The notes beneath the pieces are model-generated. The model searched no databases, was not told the origin of the DNA, and was given only the letters and a program-made list of their open reading frames with translations. Position numbers and translations under genes: made by a program. Shown here one piece after another: positions 53,818 to 63,958 of a DNA stretch of 64,000 nucleotides (position 1 is its first letter; every line of letters starts with the position of its first letter). Source of the stretch: a virus. The stretch is taken from the IMG/VR virus record IMGVR_UViG_3300045988_055837; one strand, 5' to 3'.

Positions 53818-55716
53818 TTACTCAAAATTGAAACCGAGTTCGTTAGCATTATCGTAGATATACTGCTTGCGCGGTTCAACTGCGCTGCCCATCAGAATAT
53901 TGAGTAATTCTGTGGTTTTCTCTGCGTCAGAGATAGAAATACGCTTATATCTCTCATTCATAAAGCAGACCTTCTGCAAATCTTCAGGATTCAACTCGCC
54001 AAGGCCCTTAGCACGCAGTAAATCATACGAGCCGTTATGACTATTCTTCCACTCTGTTAATTCATCTTCGGAGTAACAGTAATACTCTTTTCCTTTTTGA
54101 CGAATAATATACAATGGAGTTACAGCCCTGTATAGCTTACCAGCTTCCACGAGAGGCCGCATATAGGTATAGAAGAAAGTGATAAGCAGAAGTTCAATGT
54201 CTGCGCCATCACTATCTGCATCAGAAGTAATGACAATTTTGTCAAAATTCATCTTGTTGACATCAAAAGAAGAATCAAATCCAGCGCCAATTACACGCAC
54301 AATATCTGACATCTCTTGATTCGCAAGAATCTTGTCTACCGCAGTTTTCAGCGGAGAGACAATCTTTCCGCGCAACATATAGATGCAGTCAGTCTTGGGG
54401 TTGCGGGCCTCCACCGCAGATGCGCCTGCGGACAAGCCCTCTACGAGAAGCAGGTTACGATTTTTAGGATTTTTATTTGTGCAATCAATAAATTTGTTAC
54501 TGATTTGCATTTTTGCCTTAAGACCAGTTTCCTTTTTCGCTTTTACACCACGGGCTGCATCTCTTGCCTTACGAGCAGCTTCTCTAGCCTTACGAGCATT
54601 AAGTGCCTTATCCGCGATTCCCTTAATATCTTTCTCATTAGCGGCAAACCAATACTGAAGCTCCTCTGCGATCGTCGCAGTAAAAGGCTTCATATCGAGT
54701 TTAACAACTCTACTCTTGGTCTGAGCGTCATATGCAACGCCGGGGGCGGTTACATTAAAGGCAATATACATACCTTCTTGACAATCTTCACCAGTAAGAT
54801 TTTCGTCCTTATCTTTTAGCCACCCTTTTTCACGGAAGAATTTATTCATCTCTCTCGTGAGGATGGTTTTAATCTGCGTAATATGCGGGCCTGAATCTGT
54901 AAGACCAGTATTTACATAAGGAACAATGGTCGCAGAATAAGCATTTGTATAGGTCAGAACTAAATCCAGCTTGTTCTTGCCATCAGAAAAATTGAAATTT
55001 AAGCGATTCTTCAAGATTTCCTTACCCTTAACTGCTTCATCCACTAAGTCCATAAGACCATTCTTCGAAGCGAAGATAATCTGCGGCTGGCCCTCTCTAT
55101 TCAACTCGATAGTCAGACCGGGACACAGGCACGCAATTACCTTAAAAAGATTGGTAATGACAGGCATATCTACCTCTGGATGCGTGAAGAACTCTTCATT
55201 AGGCTGCCACTGAACCAGAGTACCAGAGGGACTATTCTTGTTATCCCATGCGCCAGTATCTCGTTTATCAAAGACACCTTCCTTAAACCAGATATGCTCA
55301 TACTTACCATCTCGATGAGTAATTACCTCAAGCCAATGAGACAGATAAGTGGTTAGCTTACTACCAATACCATTCAAACCAAGAGCAGTACCTTCATAAA
55401 CGCCATCGTCAGAATACTTACCAGAAGTGTTTAGCACGCTAAAAGACGCTTCAAGTACAGTCTTACCATCATCACGCATGGCATTAGGAATAAATCCCTG
55501 ACCGTTATCTTCTACGATAATACTATTATCCTTTTTAATAGTAACAATAATCTTATTACCGTGACCCGCCTTAAATTCATCGACTGCGTTAGAGACAATC
55601 TCAATCAATAGCTGAGTAGAATACTCAGTGCTGCCGACGTAAACGCCCGGCCGCAGTCTTGTAAACTCTAATGGAGAAAGTGACTCGATTGATTTCTCGT
55701 CATATAGTTTTCCCAT
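53818..55716 (-). CDS. Type II DNA topoisomerase B subunit (GyrB/ParE/T4 gp39-like ATPase plus Toprim)
   Basis: GHKL ATPase N-terminal motifs. Toprim LLLVEGLSAGAS. Confidence 0.8.
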   Translation of the reverse strand: MGKLYDEKSIESLSPLEFTRLRPGVYVGSTEYSTQLLIEIVSNAVDEFKAGHGNKIIVTIKKDNSIIVEDNGQGFIPNAMRDDGKTVLEASFSVLNTSGKYSDDGVYEGTALGLNGIGSKLTTYLSHWLEVITHRDGKYEHIWFKEGVFDKRDTGAWDNKNSPSGTLVQWQPNEEFFTHPEVDMPVITNLFKVIACLCPGLTIELNREGQPQIIFASKNGLMDLVDEAVKGKEILKNRLNFNFSDGKNKLDLVLTYTNAYSATIVPYVNTGLTDSGPHITQIKTILTREMNKFFREKGWLKDKDENLTGEDCQEGMYIAFNVTAPGVAYDAQTKSRVVKLDMKPFTATIAEELQYWFAANEKDIKGIADKALNARKAREAARKARDAARGVKAKKETGLKAKMQISNKFIDCTNKNPKNRNLLLVEGLSAGASAVEARNPKTDCIYMLRGKIVSPLKTAVDKILANQEMSDIVRVIGAGFDSSFDVNKMNFDKIVITSDADSDGADIELLLITFFYTYMRPLVEAGKLYRAVTPLYIIRQKGKEYYCYSEDELTEWKNSHNGSYDLLRAKGLGELNPEDLQKVCFMNERYKRISISDAEKTTELLNILMGSAVEPRKQYIYDNANELGFNFE

Positions 55717-55718
55717 AT

Positions 55719-56222
55719 TTAACCTCCATACATATCTAATACTTGCTGTTCTGTAATCTTGCCTGTTGCTAACTGATCAGCAAGCTCATTAAACAGCGTT
55801 CCATTATGCCCTTTTACATATCTTAAATCAACCTGTAATCCTTCTTTAGTGGTTAATCTATCATATTCGAGAATTAAGTCCTTATTCTCTAAGGGTTTAT
55901 TACCGGCACGAACCCAGCCATTTGCCTTCCAATTCTTAATCCAATTAGTGAAGCTATTTACGCAATACATAGAATCACTATAAACAATAGGAATGAAGAA
56001 GTCACCGTCTTTCGCGCCATAATGGGTTAATGCCCACAAGATTGCGGACATTTCCATTCTATTGTTTGTGGTGCCATCTGCGCGTTCAGAATACGCCGCG
56101 ACAACTTTATAGGTTGACGGGTCTTGGTGTGGTTCAGCTTCACAAACTACAACTCCAAAACCACCTTTTGCATCTTTCGCGCCATTTTTTAAGGTTGAGC
56201 CGTCTGTATATATCACTATCAT
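55719..56222 (-). CDS. rnhA: Ribonuclease HI
   Basis: IYTDGS..., NNRMEMSAILWAL, YVKGHNGTLFNELADQLA. Confidence 0.8.
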   Translation of the reverse strand: MIVIYTDGSTLKNGAKDAKGGFGVVVCEAEPHQDPSTYKVVAAYSERADGTTNNRMEMSAILWALTHYGAKDGDFFIPIVYSDSMYCVNSFTNWIKNWKANGWVRAGNKPLENKDLILEYDRLTTKEGLQVDLRYVKGHNGTLFNELADQLATGKITEQQVLDMYGG

Positions 56223-56317
56223 TCGCTATACCTCAAATACTTCATTTATTTTTAAGTTCTCCTTTTTTATTTCTGAATATATAATACCATATATTTTATG
56301 AAAAATCAAGCTTAAAA

Positions 56318-56362
56318 TAAGAAAAAGGCTTAGTAGACTATTAAGTCTACTAAGCCTTTAAT
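56318..56362. terminator. Bidirectional terminator aggcttagtagact-atta-agtctactaagcct
   Basis: 14-bp perfect stem flanked by A-run and T-run, seen in sequence. Confidence 0.55.
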
Positions 56363-56363
56363 A

Positions 56364-56603
56364 TTAAATGGTTGCTTCATCCTCGACTACTTGCTGCTAT
56401 TGTTTCTCACACATAGCTAAATCATAAGTAATCCCACCCTTGCGGTGATCGGATTTACTCATGTTTAAGTAAAAAGAGCAAACAATACCATGCGCAGACC
56501 ATGGCAATCCTACTAATGCACTAATCCATGGGAGAGTACCCAGATAACCAAGATGTACGCAATAGAAAGCAAGAGCAATACCGGAGATAGTTACAATCCA
56601 CAA
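56364..56603 (-). CDS. Small two-transmembrane-helix membrane protein of about 79 aa immediately downstream of the endolysin. Holin candidate.
   Basis: Two hydrophobic helices. Reads through TAG at 56397 to TAA 56364. Confidence 0.4.
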
Positions 56604-56686
56604 GAGAGAGCGAATGTCGCAAATAAGCTATTTAGAAAATTCTTTTTTCTAGCTATGTTTTCCTTTTCCTCTTGTTTGACGACCCA

Positions 56687-58093
56687 TTATTGACCACTCT
56701 TTTCAGCATAACGCTTTAGAACAGCCGCAAATTCGCCACGAGTCATAAAGCGTTTTGGCATCAACTGACCTTTTTCATTGCCATTGATTAAGCCATTAGC
56801 CTGTGCCCAAGTCATTGCGTCTTGCTCCCAGGTGACTGGTTGCGCAGCGAGCTGACTAAGATATACATTCATCATTTCATTGAATTTTTCTTGAGTCATG
56901 TCTTCATCATCCTCCTCGATAACTTTAGACTGCATTAAAGCAGCAACATCTTTGCGAACGGTTGTCATATCTTTGCCATATTTCTTGAACCAATGGTATA
57001 CATCAGCATGGTTACTACCGAGACCCAACTGATAGCTATCTTGATGGCAGAGAATGGTTGGAACTGTTACGCCATTTACATTTACAGAACCATTTGGATT
57101 GATATTATATGTCTTACATAAGTAGGCTGTCAATTCGCAAGCCTCTTTGTAGACTTTAGCGAAGTAATCGGGGTCACTTAGATTGTCTTCGCAGATTTCA
57201 AACTGAATCCATCCAGTATTACAGCTACCTTTAGAGCCTGAGCCGCAACCCCAAGGTCTATAATTCCAAGGTAGTGTTTGTACTGCGGCTACGCTTCCGT
57301 CAGCAAGAGCACCAATCCAAGCGTTTACACCAGCCTGCTATGAGCTATGATTCCAATCGGTTCTACTGGTATTTTTACCAATTTTAGTAATCAGAGATTG
57401 ATAGTTCTTGTCGTTCTCAGATGGTTGAACATAACGCTTAATAGTTTTATTATTGGCGCCTGTACTGTGCCAGAGGACGCCTTTAATATCCATCTTGCGG
57501 GTTTGCTTATAACAAGTGCTATTAGTCATCATGCAAACCAATGGGTGATTAGCGTTTGAATATTTCATCTTAGCTATTTCCTCCTTTTGCGTTGAATAAA
57601 TATTGAAGTAACGTTGGCTATATAACGCACGCTATTTTAGTGTGCTAGAGCTCTGATCTGCCGGTCTTTCAAACTGAGTGACCACCAAATTAGATGCTTC
57701 TTCAACAGATGAGGTAGTCTTCAAGATTTTTAATAGCTAGGAGTAACTTGTAGTTAGTTCCTGATATAAAAAATCTAGTTGGGTGTTTAAGTCACCAATA
57801 GACTTTCCTCGACTTTTACACAGCTAAAACAGACCTTGCTTGCGGCTCCAATATGTCCATTGAGCTAAACCATATCCCGCAGAATCATGCGTGAAATTGG
57901 TATAGGAGCCATTATCAACAGCCGCAGTATACGAGGCATCGTTCATTCCTAACTTACTCTCATATGAGTTCTATAAGTTAGTTGGAATAAGTCCGCTTTC
58001 CGCGAATAGATTCCCCATTAGACCTGCGGCACCGCAGTTACTTAATCCTTTTGATTTAAGATAATCCCAAATAACTTGAGCATTATCCGCCAA
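56687..58093 (-). CDS. Modular endolysin of about 468 aa: N-terminal lysozyme-like (phage lysozyme2) domain, central Amidase_2 (N-acetylmuramoyl-L-alanine amidase), C-terminal SLH cell-wall-binding domain. At least 7 in-frame TAG.
   Basis: AAGLMGNLFAESG in the N-terminal domain. IKGVLWHSTGANN amidase motif. GLINGNEKGQLMPKRFMTRGEFAAVLKRY is an SLH motif. Track ORFs 57338..57568 and 56687..57133 are in one frame. An internal ribosome-binding site plus ATG at 57568 could also give an amidase-SLH-only product. Confidence 0.6.
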
Positions 58094-58123
58094 TGACCTC
58101 ACCTCCAATTAGGGTATAAAAAT

Positions 58124-58149
58124 AGATCGAGGGAAAAATCCCTCGATCT
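58124..58149. terminator. Hairpin gatcgaggga-ttttt-ccctcgatc
   Basis: Perfect 10-bp stem seen in sequence. Confidence 0.45.
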
Positions 58150-58154
58150 TGTTA

Positions 58155-59429
58155 TTAAATTTTATCAGCGATAGAAGCAATCTTACTACGATAGATATTC
58201 TTAAGAGTTACCTCTCCATAAATATCCTTACCTCTAAATACTTTTGATACTCGCCGCATACCGTTATTTGCACCAGAGAAGTGAATATCATCAACCTGAG
58301 TTTTTTCATCACCATCAATAATGCAAATACAATCTTCGCCAACACGCTGTAGAGCGAGTTTCATTAGTGTGCGGTCAAGGTTCTAAGCTTCAGAAATATA
58401 GATACCTGCGTTCATACCAGAAGTATCATAACCACGAATATCAGAGAATGGTAGTAAAACTAATTTACCTTCTGCGATCAGTCTCTCAACTTCCTCTCGA
58501 CCGCCAAACTTACTACTTAGCAAGTTACCAATTTGAGAGTCAAGTAGCTTTTCGTCTTTTGTTCCCGGATAATATCCGAGACGAGCAGAATTAGCAGTAG
58601 CAACAGTATTGCAGAAGATAATAATTTTATCTAGTTCATGAGCTTCCATTTTTGCCATTAAGTAAGCCAGAGAAACGAAAGTCTTTCCGCTACCAGCTGG
58701 ACCTTTAACAAGAGTTAGCTTGTTATTACGCAAACTATCAAATAGCATCTTCTGATAAATATCTCCAGAATATGGAGAAATCTTACCAAACCACTTAGAG
58801 TTAATAGTCTTAGAAGAAAGGTATCTGAACTCTTCGCCTGTCCAAACCCGCAAATCAACAATCTCTCCATTGCTATTTTTCAGGATAAGATACTGTCCTG
58901 GTAATAGGTTAAAGGAATTATCGTTCGGGTTCTGATAAAACTCTGCTAGAGCTTCGTCGCTATAAGTAACTTCAATATAACCAGTATAATCATCTACTTC
59001 TTCTGGAACGCTCTCAATCATTCCATTACCAAAGAAGCAGTTAGCGATATGCTTTAGACTTAAATCGTTAGTTACAAAGACAATATCTTTTTCTTTGTCG
59101 CACGCAATGGCATCAGACAAGATGCGAGTATCATCAGTAACATCGAAACCAGCTTCTTTAATTACGAACTCATTGTCTACTTTGTGCGGGATTACTTCAT
59201 ACTTATCTGGATATTCTTCAAATAAATGAAGCAATAGACGAGCCGAATACTTGATGTCAGCATCCTTGTTTGAAGCTGTCTTAATTCTCTCTAATTCTTT
59301 TAATGTAATTGAGGAAACTAAGAAGGGCTTCTTGTCCTGCTCAAATAGACTTTCTCCGGCCAACAAAAGGGAGCAAGTATCGTAGAAGTATCTATCTGTT
59401 GGAAACCGTACATCATAGTTCATGTTCAT
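58155..59429 (-). CDS. PIN-domain plus PhoH-like ATPase (YlaK family), about 424 aa
   Basis: N-terminal PIN (YFYDTCSLL, VFVTNDLSLK). Walker A GPAGSGKT. Track ORFs 58383..59528 and 58155..58364 are joined through TAG at 58383-58385. Confidence 0.65.
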
Positions 59430-59646
59430 CTTCCTCTTCGTATGTAGTGGCAAATCCGATTGCCCTAGATTGAGTTTCTCCTTCACTAAGTTTATTAATC
59501 GCAACATTGTGACGAACAATCCTTTCATTTATATTAGCTTTAATAAGTTCTGTAATAGCACTTATAATTTCACTAATACTATTGAGTAAGGTGGCACCTA
59601 CTGTGATAAGGAGAACTCCAATTAAAATATTTACCAATAAAACCAC
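59413..59646 (-). CDS. Small membrane protein of 77 aa with an N-terminal transmembrane helix and an acidic C-terminus
   Basis: Hydrophobic N-terminus. Overlaps the YlaK start. Confidence 0.35.
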   Translation of the reverse strand: MVLLVNILIGVLLITVGATLLNSISEIISAITELIKANINERIVRHNVAINKLSEGETQSRAIGFATTYEEEDEHEL

Positions 59647-59680
59647 CTCTTATGTTATTATAATAAATAAGAGAAGTTCG

Positions 59681-60145
59681 TTAATTATTATCGGCCTTCT
59701 GTCTAAAGCGTTTGACAGATTCAATAGCTTTATCTTGACCAAGAATATATTTATGTAACATATTTTTCTCTTTATCAAGAGCCTCTTTAAGTGCGTCGGC
59801 TCTATATTTGCAGCGCATCATATTTCGATTAAAAGCGCCTAATGGGTCCACTTCCGCAGGAGTTTTAACGCCAAGACCTAATACCTCTTGATAAAACTGA
59901 TTGCGGACATTAAACTTATCTCTCTCTTGCTTATAAAAATATTCAAGGGCTTCAATTCTTGCTTTTGATAGAGCAATATTATATCCAACTTTTTTAGAGT
60001 AGAAACCTTCATCACCCTTACTTAGTACAGCAGCGCCATGAAAAGTATGCCCTTGATAGCAAATCTTTACATTGGTGATACCTTCTTCTTCCCAATAATC
60101 TTTCATAATCACAGGAGCTTTATATATAGCTTTAACCAAATTCAT
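59681..60145 (-). CDS. Hypothetical protein of 154 aa
   Basis: Intact ORF with ribosome-binding site aaggaga. Confidence 0.4.
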   Translation of the reverse strand: MNLVKAIYKAPVIMKDYWEEEGITNVKICYQGHTFHGAAVLSKGDEGFYSKKVGYNIALSKARIEALEYFYKQERDKFNVRNQFYQEVLGLGVKTPAEVDPLGAFNRNMMRCKYRADALKEALDKEKNMLHKYILGQDKAIESVKRFRQKADNN

Positions 60146-60169
60146 ATAGTTTTGTTCTCCTTATTTAAT

Positions 60170-60210
60170 TCTTTATCTATATGATAGCAAAATTTTATAG
60201 ATAAATCAAA
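60170..60210 (-). promoter_or_regulatory. Sigma70-like promoter TTGATT-N17-TATCAT upstream of the 59681-60145 operon
   Basis: Read on the minus strand between the terminator at about 60290 and ribosome-binding site AGGAGA. Confidence 0.35.
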
Positions 60211-60285
60211 TTTGCCCTATTTCTCCGAAAAATTTGCTGGGCCTATGTGCGCGGAAACTCGGAGATCGACGATGCTAGCGACAAA

Positions 60286-60320
60286 AAAAAAGAACCGCGC
60301 TCTTACGAACGCGGTTCTTC
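60286..60320. terminator. Rho-independent terminator agaaccgcg-loop-cgcggttct preceded by A9
   Basis: Seen in sequence just downstream of the SPFH gene stop. Confidence 0.55.
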
Positions 60321-60324
60321 AAAA

Positions 60325-61809
60325 TTACTCCTTATTGGAGGAGTCTGCCAACTTGCCACCGAGGAAACCGGTGAGCAAGGTTTTCACATCAATACCGAGG
60401 GATTCGCTCAGTCCCTCAGAAACCTGAGCGACATTCTTGATAATGTTGCCAGACAGCTTGCTGGTGTCATCACCGAACATCACAATCTTGTCAACATTGG
60501 TGTACGCCTGACCGGTAGCCTGAGCAATAGCAGGCAACTGCTGGAAGTACAGCTTGAGGGCTTCCATCTGCATATCCATCTTGGCGGCTTCGCCGTACTG
60601 CTTCATAGCTTCTGCTTTCTTCATAAGACCTTCGGCTTCTGCCTCAGCCTTAGCCTGAATCGCGGCAGCCTCAGCTTCACCACGAGCCTTAGTAGCCGCA
60701 GCTTCTGCCTCACCCTGAACACGAACAGCTTCAGCCGTAGCACGCTGGGCTTCAGCTCTTTGCTCTGCCTCAAAGCGCTCGGCTTCCGCAGTCTTCTGAC
60801 GCTCATACAGGTCTGCCTCAGACTGCTTCTGAGTAGCGTACAGCTTAGCATCAGCTTCCTGCTGAGCAGCATACTTCTTAGCTTCCGCGGTCTTCTTGAC
60901 CTCAGCCTCCAGAGCACGCTCCTTAATGGCAACTTCGCGCTCCTTCAAGTCGATTTCCTTTTCCTGACGAGCAATGTCAGCATCTGCCGCAGCCACATCA
61001 CGCAGTTTACGCTGGTTCTCAGACTCAATCTCCATAGCAGCATTAGCCTGAGCCTGCTTGGTATCAGCTTCCTGCTTCAACTGAGCCTTCTGAATAGCCA
61101 GACTATTGTTGCGCTTGGCAATCTCTTCCTCAGCCTTTACGCGGGCATCATTAGAAGCCTTAGCGTTCTCAGCCTCGGCAACCGCAATCTCACGCTGGGC
61201 ATTAGATTTAGCGATTGCGGCGTCCTTACGGATCTGCTCGACGTTATCAATACCAAGGTTGGTGATAACATCATTGTCGTCAGAGAAGTTCTGGACATTG
61301 AAGGAAACCAGTTCCAGACCGAAACGAGCCAGATCAGGCACAGCATTTTCCTGCACCTTTTCGGAGAATGCCTTGCGATCACCGACCATCTCGGTCAGCT
61401 TCATCTGACCCACAATCTCACGAATATTACCTTCCAGAAGGTCGTTAATCTTCTGTGCGATCTGATCGCGAGAGACATTTAGGAAGTTCTGAGCAGCAAG
61501 AGCAATCATCTCTTCGCTCTGACCCACGCGTACAGAAACGGTAGAATCGACTCGTACATTGATGTATTCAGCAGTCGGCACGGCAGAGCCAGTCTTAACA
61601 TCAATCTGAATGGCTCCTAGTGCCAGCTTATCCAGTCGCTCCAAGAAGGGAATCTTGATGCCAGCCTTACCGACCAAAATACGAGGTTTCTTGTGCAGAC
61701 CAGAAATGATATAGGCAACATCAGGTGGAGCCTTTACATAACCAGAAGCCAAGAGGGCGATAAGAGCAATAGCAATAATCACCGCAGGAACAAAAGGAAG
61801 AATAGTCAT
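60325..61809 (-). CDS. SPFH/band-7 (flotillin / YqiK-like) membrane protein with a long Ala/Glu-rich coiled coil, 494 aa
   Basis: N-terminal transmembrane helix then PPDVAYIISGL...RILVGKAGIKIPFLERL SPFH core. Extended AEAEAK coiled coil. Confidence 0.7.
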   Translation of the reverse strand: MTILPFVPAVIIAIALIALLASGYVKAPPDVAYIISGLHKKPRILVGKAGIKIPFLERLDKLALGAIQIDVKTGSAVPTAEYINVRVDSTVSVRVGQSEEMIALAAQNFLNVSRDQIAQKINDLLEGNIREIVGQMKLTEMVGDRKAFSEKVQENAVPDLARFGLELVSFNVQNFSDDNDVITNLGIDNVEQIRKDAAIAKSNAQREIAVAEAENAKASNDARVKAEEEIAKRNNSLAIQKAQLKQEADTKQAQANAAMEIESENQRKLRDVAAADADIARQEKEIDLKEREVAIKERALEAEVKKTAEAKKYAAQQEADAKLYATQKQSEADLYERQKTAEAERFEAEQRAEAQRATAEAVRVQGEAEAAATKARGEAEAAAIQAKAEAEAEGLMKKAEAMKQYGEAAKMDMQMEALKLYFQQLPAIAQATGQAYTNVDKIVMFGDDTSKLSGNIIKNVAQVSEGLSESLGIDVKTLLTGFLGGKLADSSNKE

Positions 61810-61866
61810 CTGTTACTCCTTAATATATTAAATTGTTTTATTTATAAATCAATGCGTTAGCATTGT

Positions 61867-62553
61867 TTATCCGTAGTAGCCTCCATCGGGAGGATCTCGC
61901 TTATAAGATTTACAAAACCCAGGGATACAGCCACAATTAGGATAGGTATATATACATTTATTACATCTTATGATAGGGCTTGATTCTTCAATCTACAGCT
62001 GCGCCTTACACTCCTCAACCTTCTCATTCATTTCCTTGATAACATCATCAAGGAGAACAGGATAACACTCATGAGAGTCAACTCCTACATGGTACATAAA
62101 TGGAATTTCATTGTAGAAGTTGGAGGTCTGATGGGTATGACCGAAAAGATTGCAAGTTACTTGCTTGAGGGACTCTTTCTCAATGTTGCCGGTCAAAGTA
62201 GGATAATGAGAAGCATAGAAATGATACTTGCGGTAAGTGAAAGCATAAGCGTCAAACACAGGAATACCAGTTCTAAGATAGGCTTCTCTACGATTAGGGG
62301 TATCATGGTTACCACCAACCACGAGTTTAAGACCATTCATGCGATTGAGTAAGGCAAGCCCCTCCTCAAGCTTATCAGCTCCGCCAAGCATGAGATCGCC
62401 GCAGATAATAAGTGTATCTTCAGGGGCCACACACTCATTATTCTTCTTTACGATAGTTTCATTCATCTCTTCAACGCTTTCAAAACCACGGGCTTTCCAG
62501 ATGAACTCCTTATCGTGATTGAAGTGATAGTCGCTAGAAATCCAAATATTCAT
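61867..62553 (-). CDS. Calcineurin-like metallophosphoesterase with a C-terminal Cys-rich zinc-ribbon extension, about 228 aa
   Basis: DYHFNH, GDLMLGG, GNHD, GHTH. Reads through TAG at 61993 into ...IIRCNKCIYTYPNCGCIPGFC and stops at TAA at about 61867. Confidence 0.65.
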
Positions 62554-62567
62554 TTTATCACCCTCTC

Positions 62568-63071
62568 TTAATGATGCACACGCACATCGATATTAGAAAA
62601 ACCCCAATTAGTCTTAGGGAACTCTTTTTCAGTAGGAATAGAAAATCCCTTCTTCATCTTCTTAATTGCGGAATCGGGGATTCTGGCAACGCCAGTCCGC
62701 TGAGCATTACGCTCAAGAGCGGTTTCGACAGGGACATCAATGACTTCAAAGGTCAGTTTGGTATGCGGATCTGCGATCAACCGACCAAGGAGCTTTGCGC
62801 GAGAAGCGGGGCTAATATGAGTCGCATCCGCAAACACAACATCAATACCAAGTTCCATAGCTTCGTTAATCTGTCGGACAAATTCGTCGAATACTTCAAC
62901 TTCTTTGTCAAAGTAGTTATCACGATCGGTCAAGATGGACTGCCGCACGAAATCTCTGGAAACTACACAAGTGGTACGATGTTCTTCTTCGATTCGAGCT
63001 ACCTCTTGCTTAACCCAAGTAGATTTACCACTACCGGGGATGCCAACCATTACTTTCAGTTCAGTCGTCAT
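62568..63071 (-). CDS. Polynucleotide 5'-kinase (T4 Pnk kinase-domain-like P-loop kinase)
   Basis: VMVGIPGSGKST. Ribosome-binding site GGAGG then ATG at 63071. Confidence 0.6.
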   Translation of the reverse strand: MTTELKVMVGIPGSGKSTWVKQEVARIEEEHRTTCVVSRDFVRQSILTDRDNYFDKEVEVFDEFVRQINEAMELGIDVVFADATHISPASRAKLLGRLIADPHTKLTFEVIDVPVETALERNAQRTGVARIPDSAIKKMKKGFSIPTEKEFPKTNWGFSNIDVRVHH

Positions 63072-63336
63072 TTTTTTCGCCTCCGTCCATTTTTGCTCCA
63101 CAATGTGGGCAATACTCCCAGAAGTTGCTTTTGATTACTTTCTTACACATCGGACAAATTCGTTCAGTATGATAATTCATACCAACTTCAATATCCCACT
63201 TACTGTGAGTTACTGGAATAACATCTGCAGCTGGTATTGCCATCAGTGCAGCAGCACTCACGTACACATCGTCCCAACGACCATGTATGAAATTGGCTTG
63301 CGATATAGCCACAGCACGGTCAATATATTCTGGCAT
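63061..63336 (-). CDS. Hypothetical zinc-ribbon protein of 91 aa
   Basis: CPMC...CPHC. Confidence 0.35.
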   Translation of the reverse strand: MPEYIDRAVAISQANFIHGRWDDVYVSAAALMAIPAADVIPVTHSKWDIEVGMNYHTERICPMCKKVIKSNFWEYCPHCGAKMDGGEKNDD

Positions 63337-63598
63337 TAGCTAACCTCCGTTCAACTTCAGCCATCACCCAAGCAATATCTTCATCAGATACCTCGGTTTC
63401 AAACTGAATAGAGCAGTTCTCACCTTTTACTCTTGCTTCAATGAGCAAATTAACAGCATCTTCAAGGTCCTGTTGATGCTCTATGAAAGGAGAAAAAGCT
63501 CGATTCTCTTGAGCACAAGGACATGGGACAGGAGACCAAAGATCGGATTTGCATCTTGGGTTATCGTGATAACCTAACATACCATGCGGATGAGTCAT
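63320..63598 (-). CDS. Hypothetical protein of 92 aa
   Basis: Intact ORF. Confidence 0.3.
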   Translation of the reverse strand: MTHPHGMLGYHDNPRCKSDLWSPVPCPCAQENRAFSPFIEHQQDLEDAVNLLIEARVKGENCSIQFETEVSDEDIAWVMAEVERRLANARIY

Positions 63599-63600
63599 TA

Positions 63601-63756
63601 CTTTTCCTCCTGTTCAATAAACTGCTGAATGATAGCCATTGATTTTTCAATGGTATTTAGCTCGTCATCAATGAATACGCCACTCCAATCTAGACTATCA
63701 ATGATACCATCGAGAGTGTCCAATGCTTTAAGCGCGGTAGGTTTATCAATTCTTGC
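63601..63756 (-). CDS. Small hypothetical protein of about 52 aa
   Basis: ATG with an overlapping stop/start to the downstream gene. Confidence 0.25.
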
Positions 63757-63958
63757 CATCATTATCACTCTCCTCGTCGCTCATAACTCGTAGAATTGCT
63801 ACAATGTCTTCTGGATTTAGATAACATGGTTTATTGTGTTTAACTCCTTTAAAGGTATAACTATAAAGGTTTCCGCTAAGATTAGAAATCGTTGTTTCAA
63901 GATCATCTGCAACAACATTAAAAGAAACACCATTACGAAGAATTACTCGAAAAGTCAT
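63746..63958 (-). CDS. Hypothetical protein of 70 aa
   Basis: Intact ORF. Confidence 0.3.
   Translation of the reverse strand: MTFRVILRNGVSFNVVADDLETTISNLSGNLYSYTFKGVKHNKPCYLNPEDIVAILRVMSDEESDNDGKN

Noticed and set aside
60247-61482. 411-aa + strand ORF antisense to the SPFH gene
   Set aside because: Low-complexity LSLS/RS-rich translation produced by reading the AEAEAK coiled-coil codons backwards. No ribosome-binding site. The minus-strand SPFH gene explains the region.
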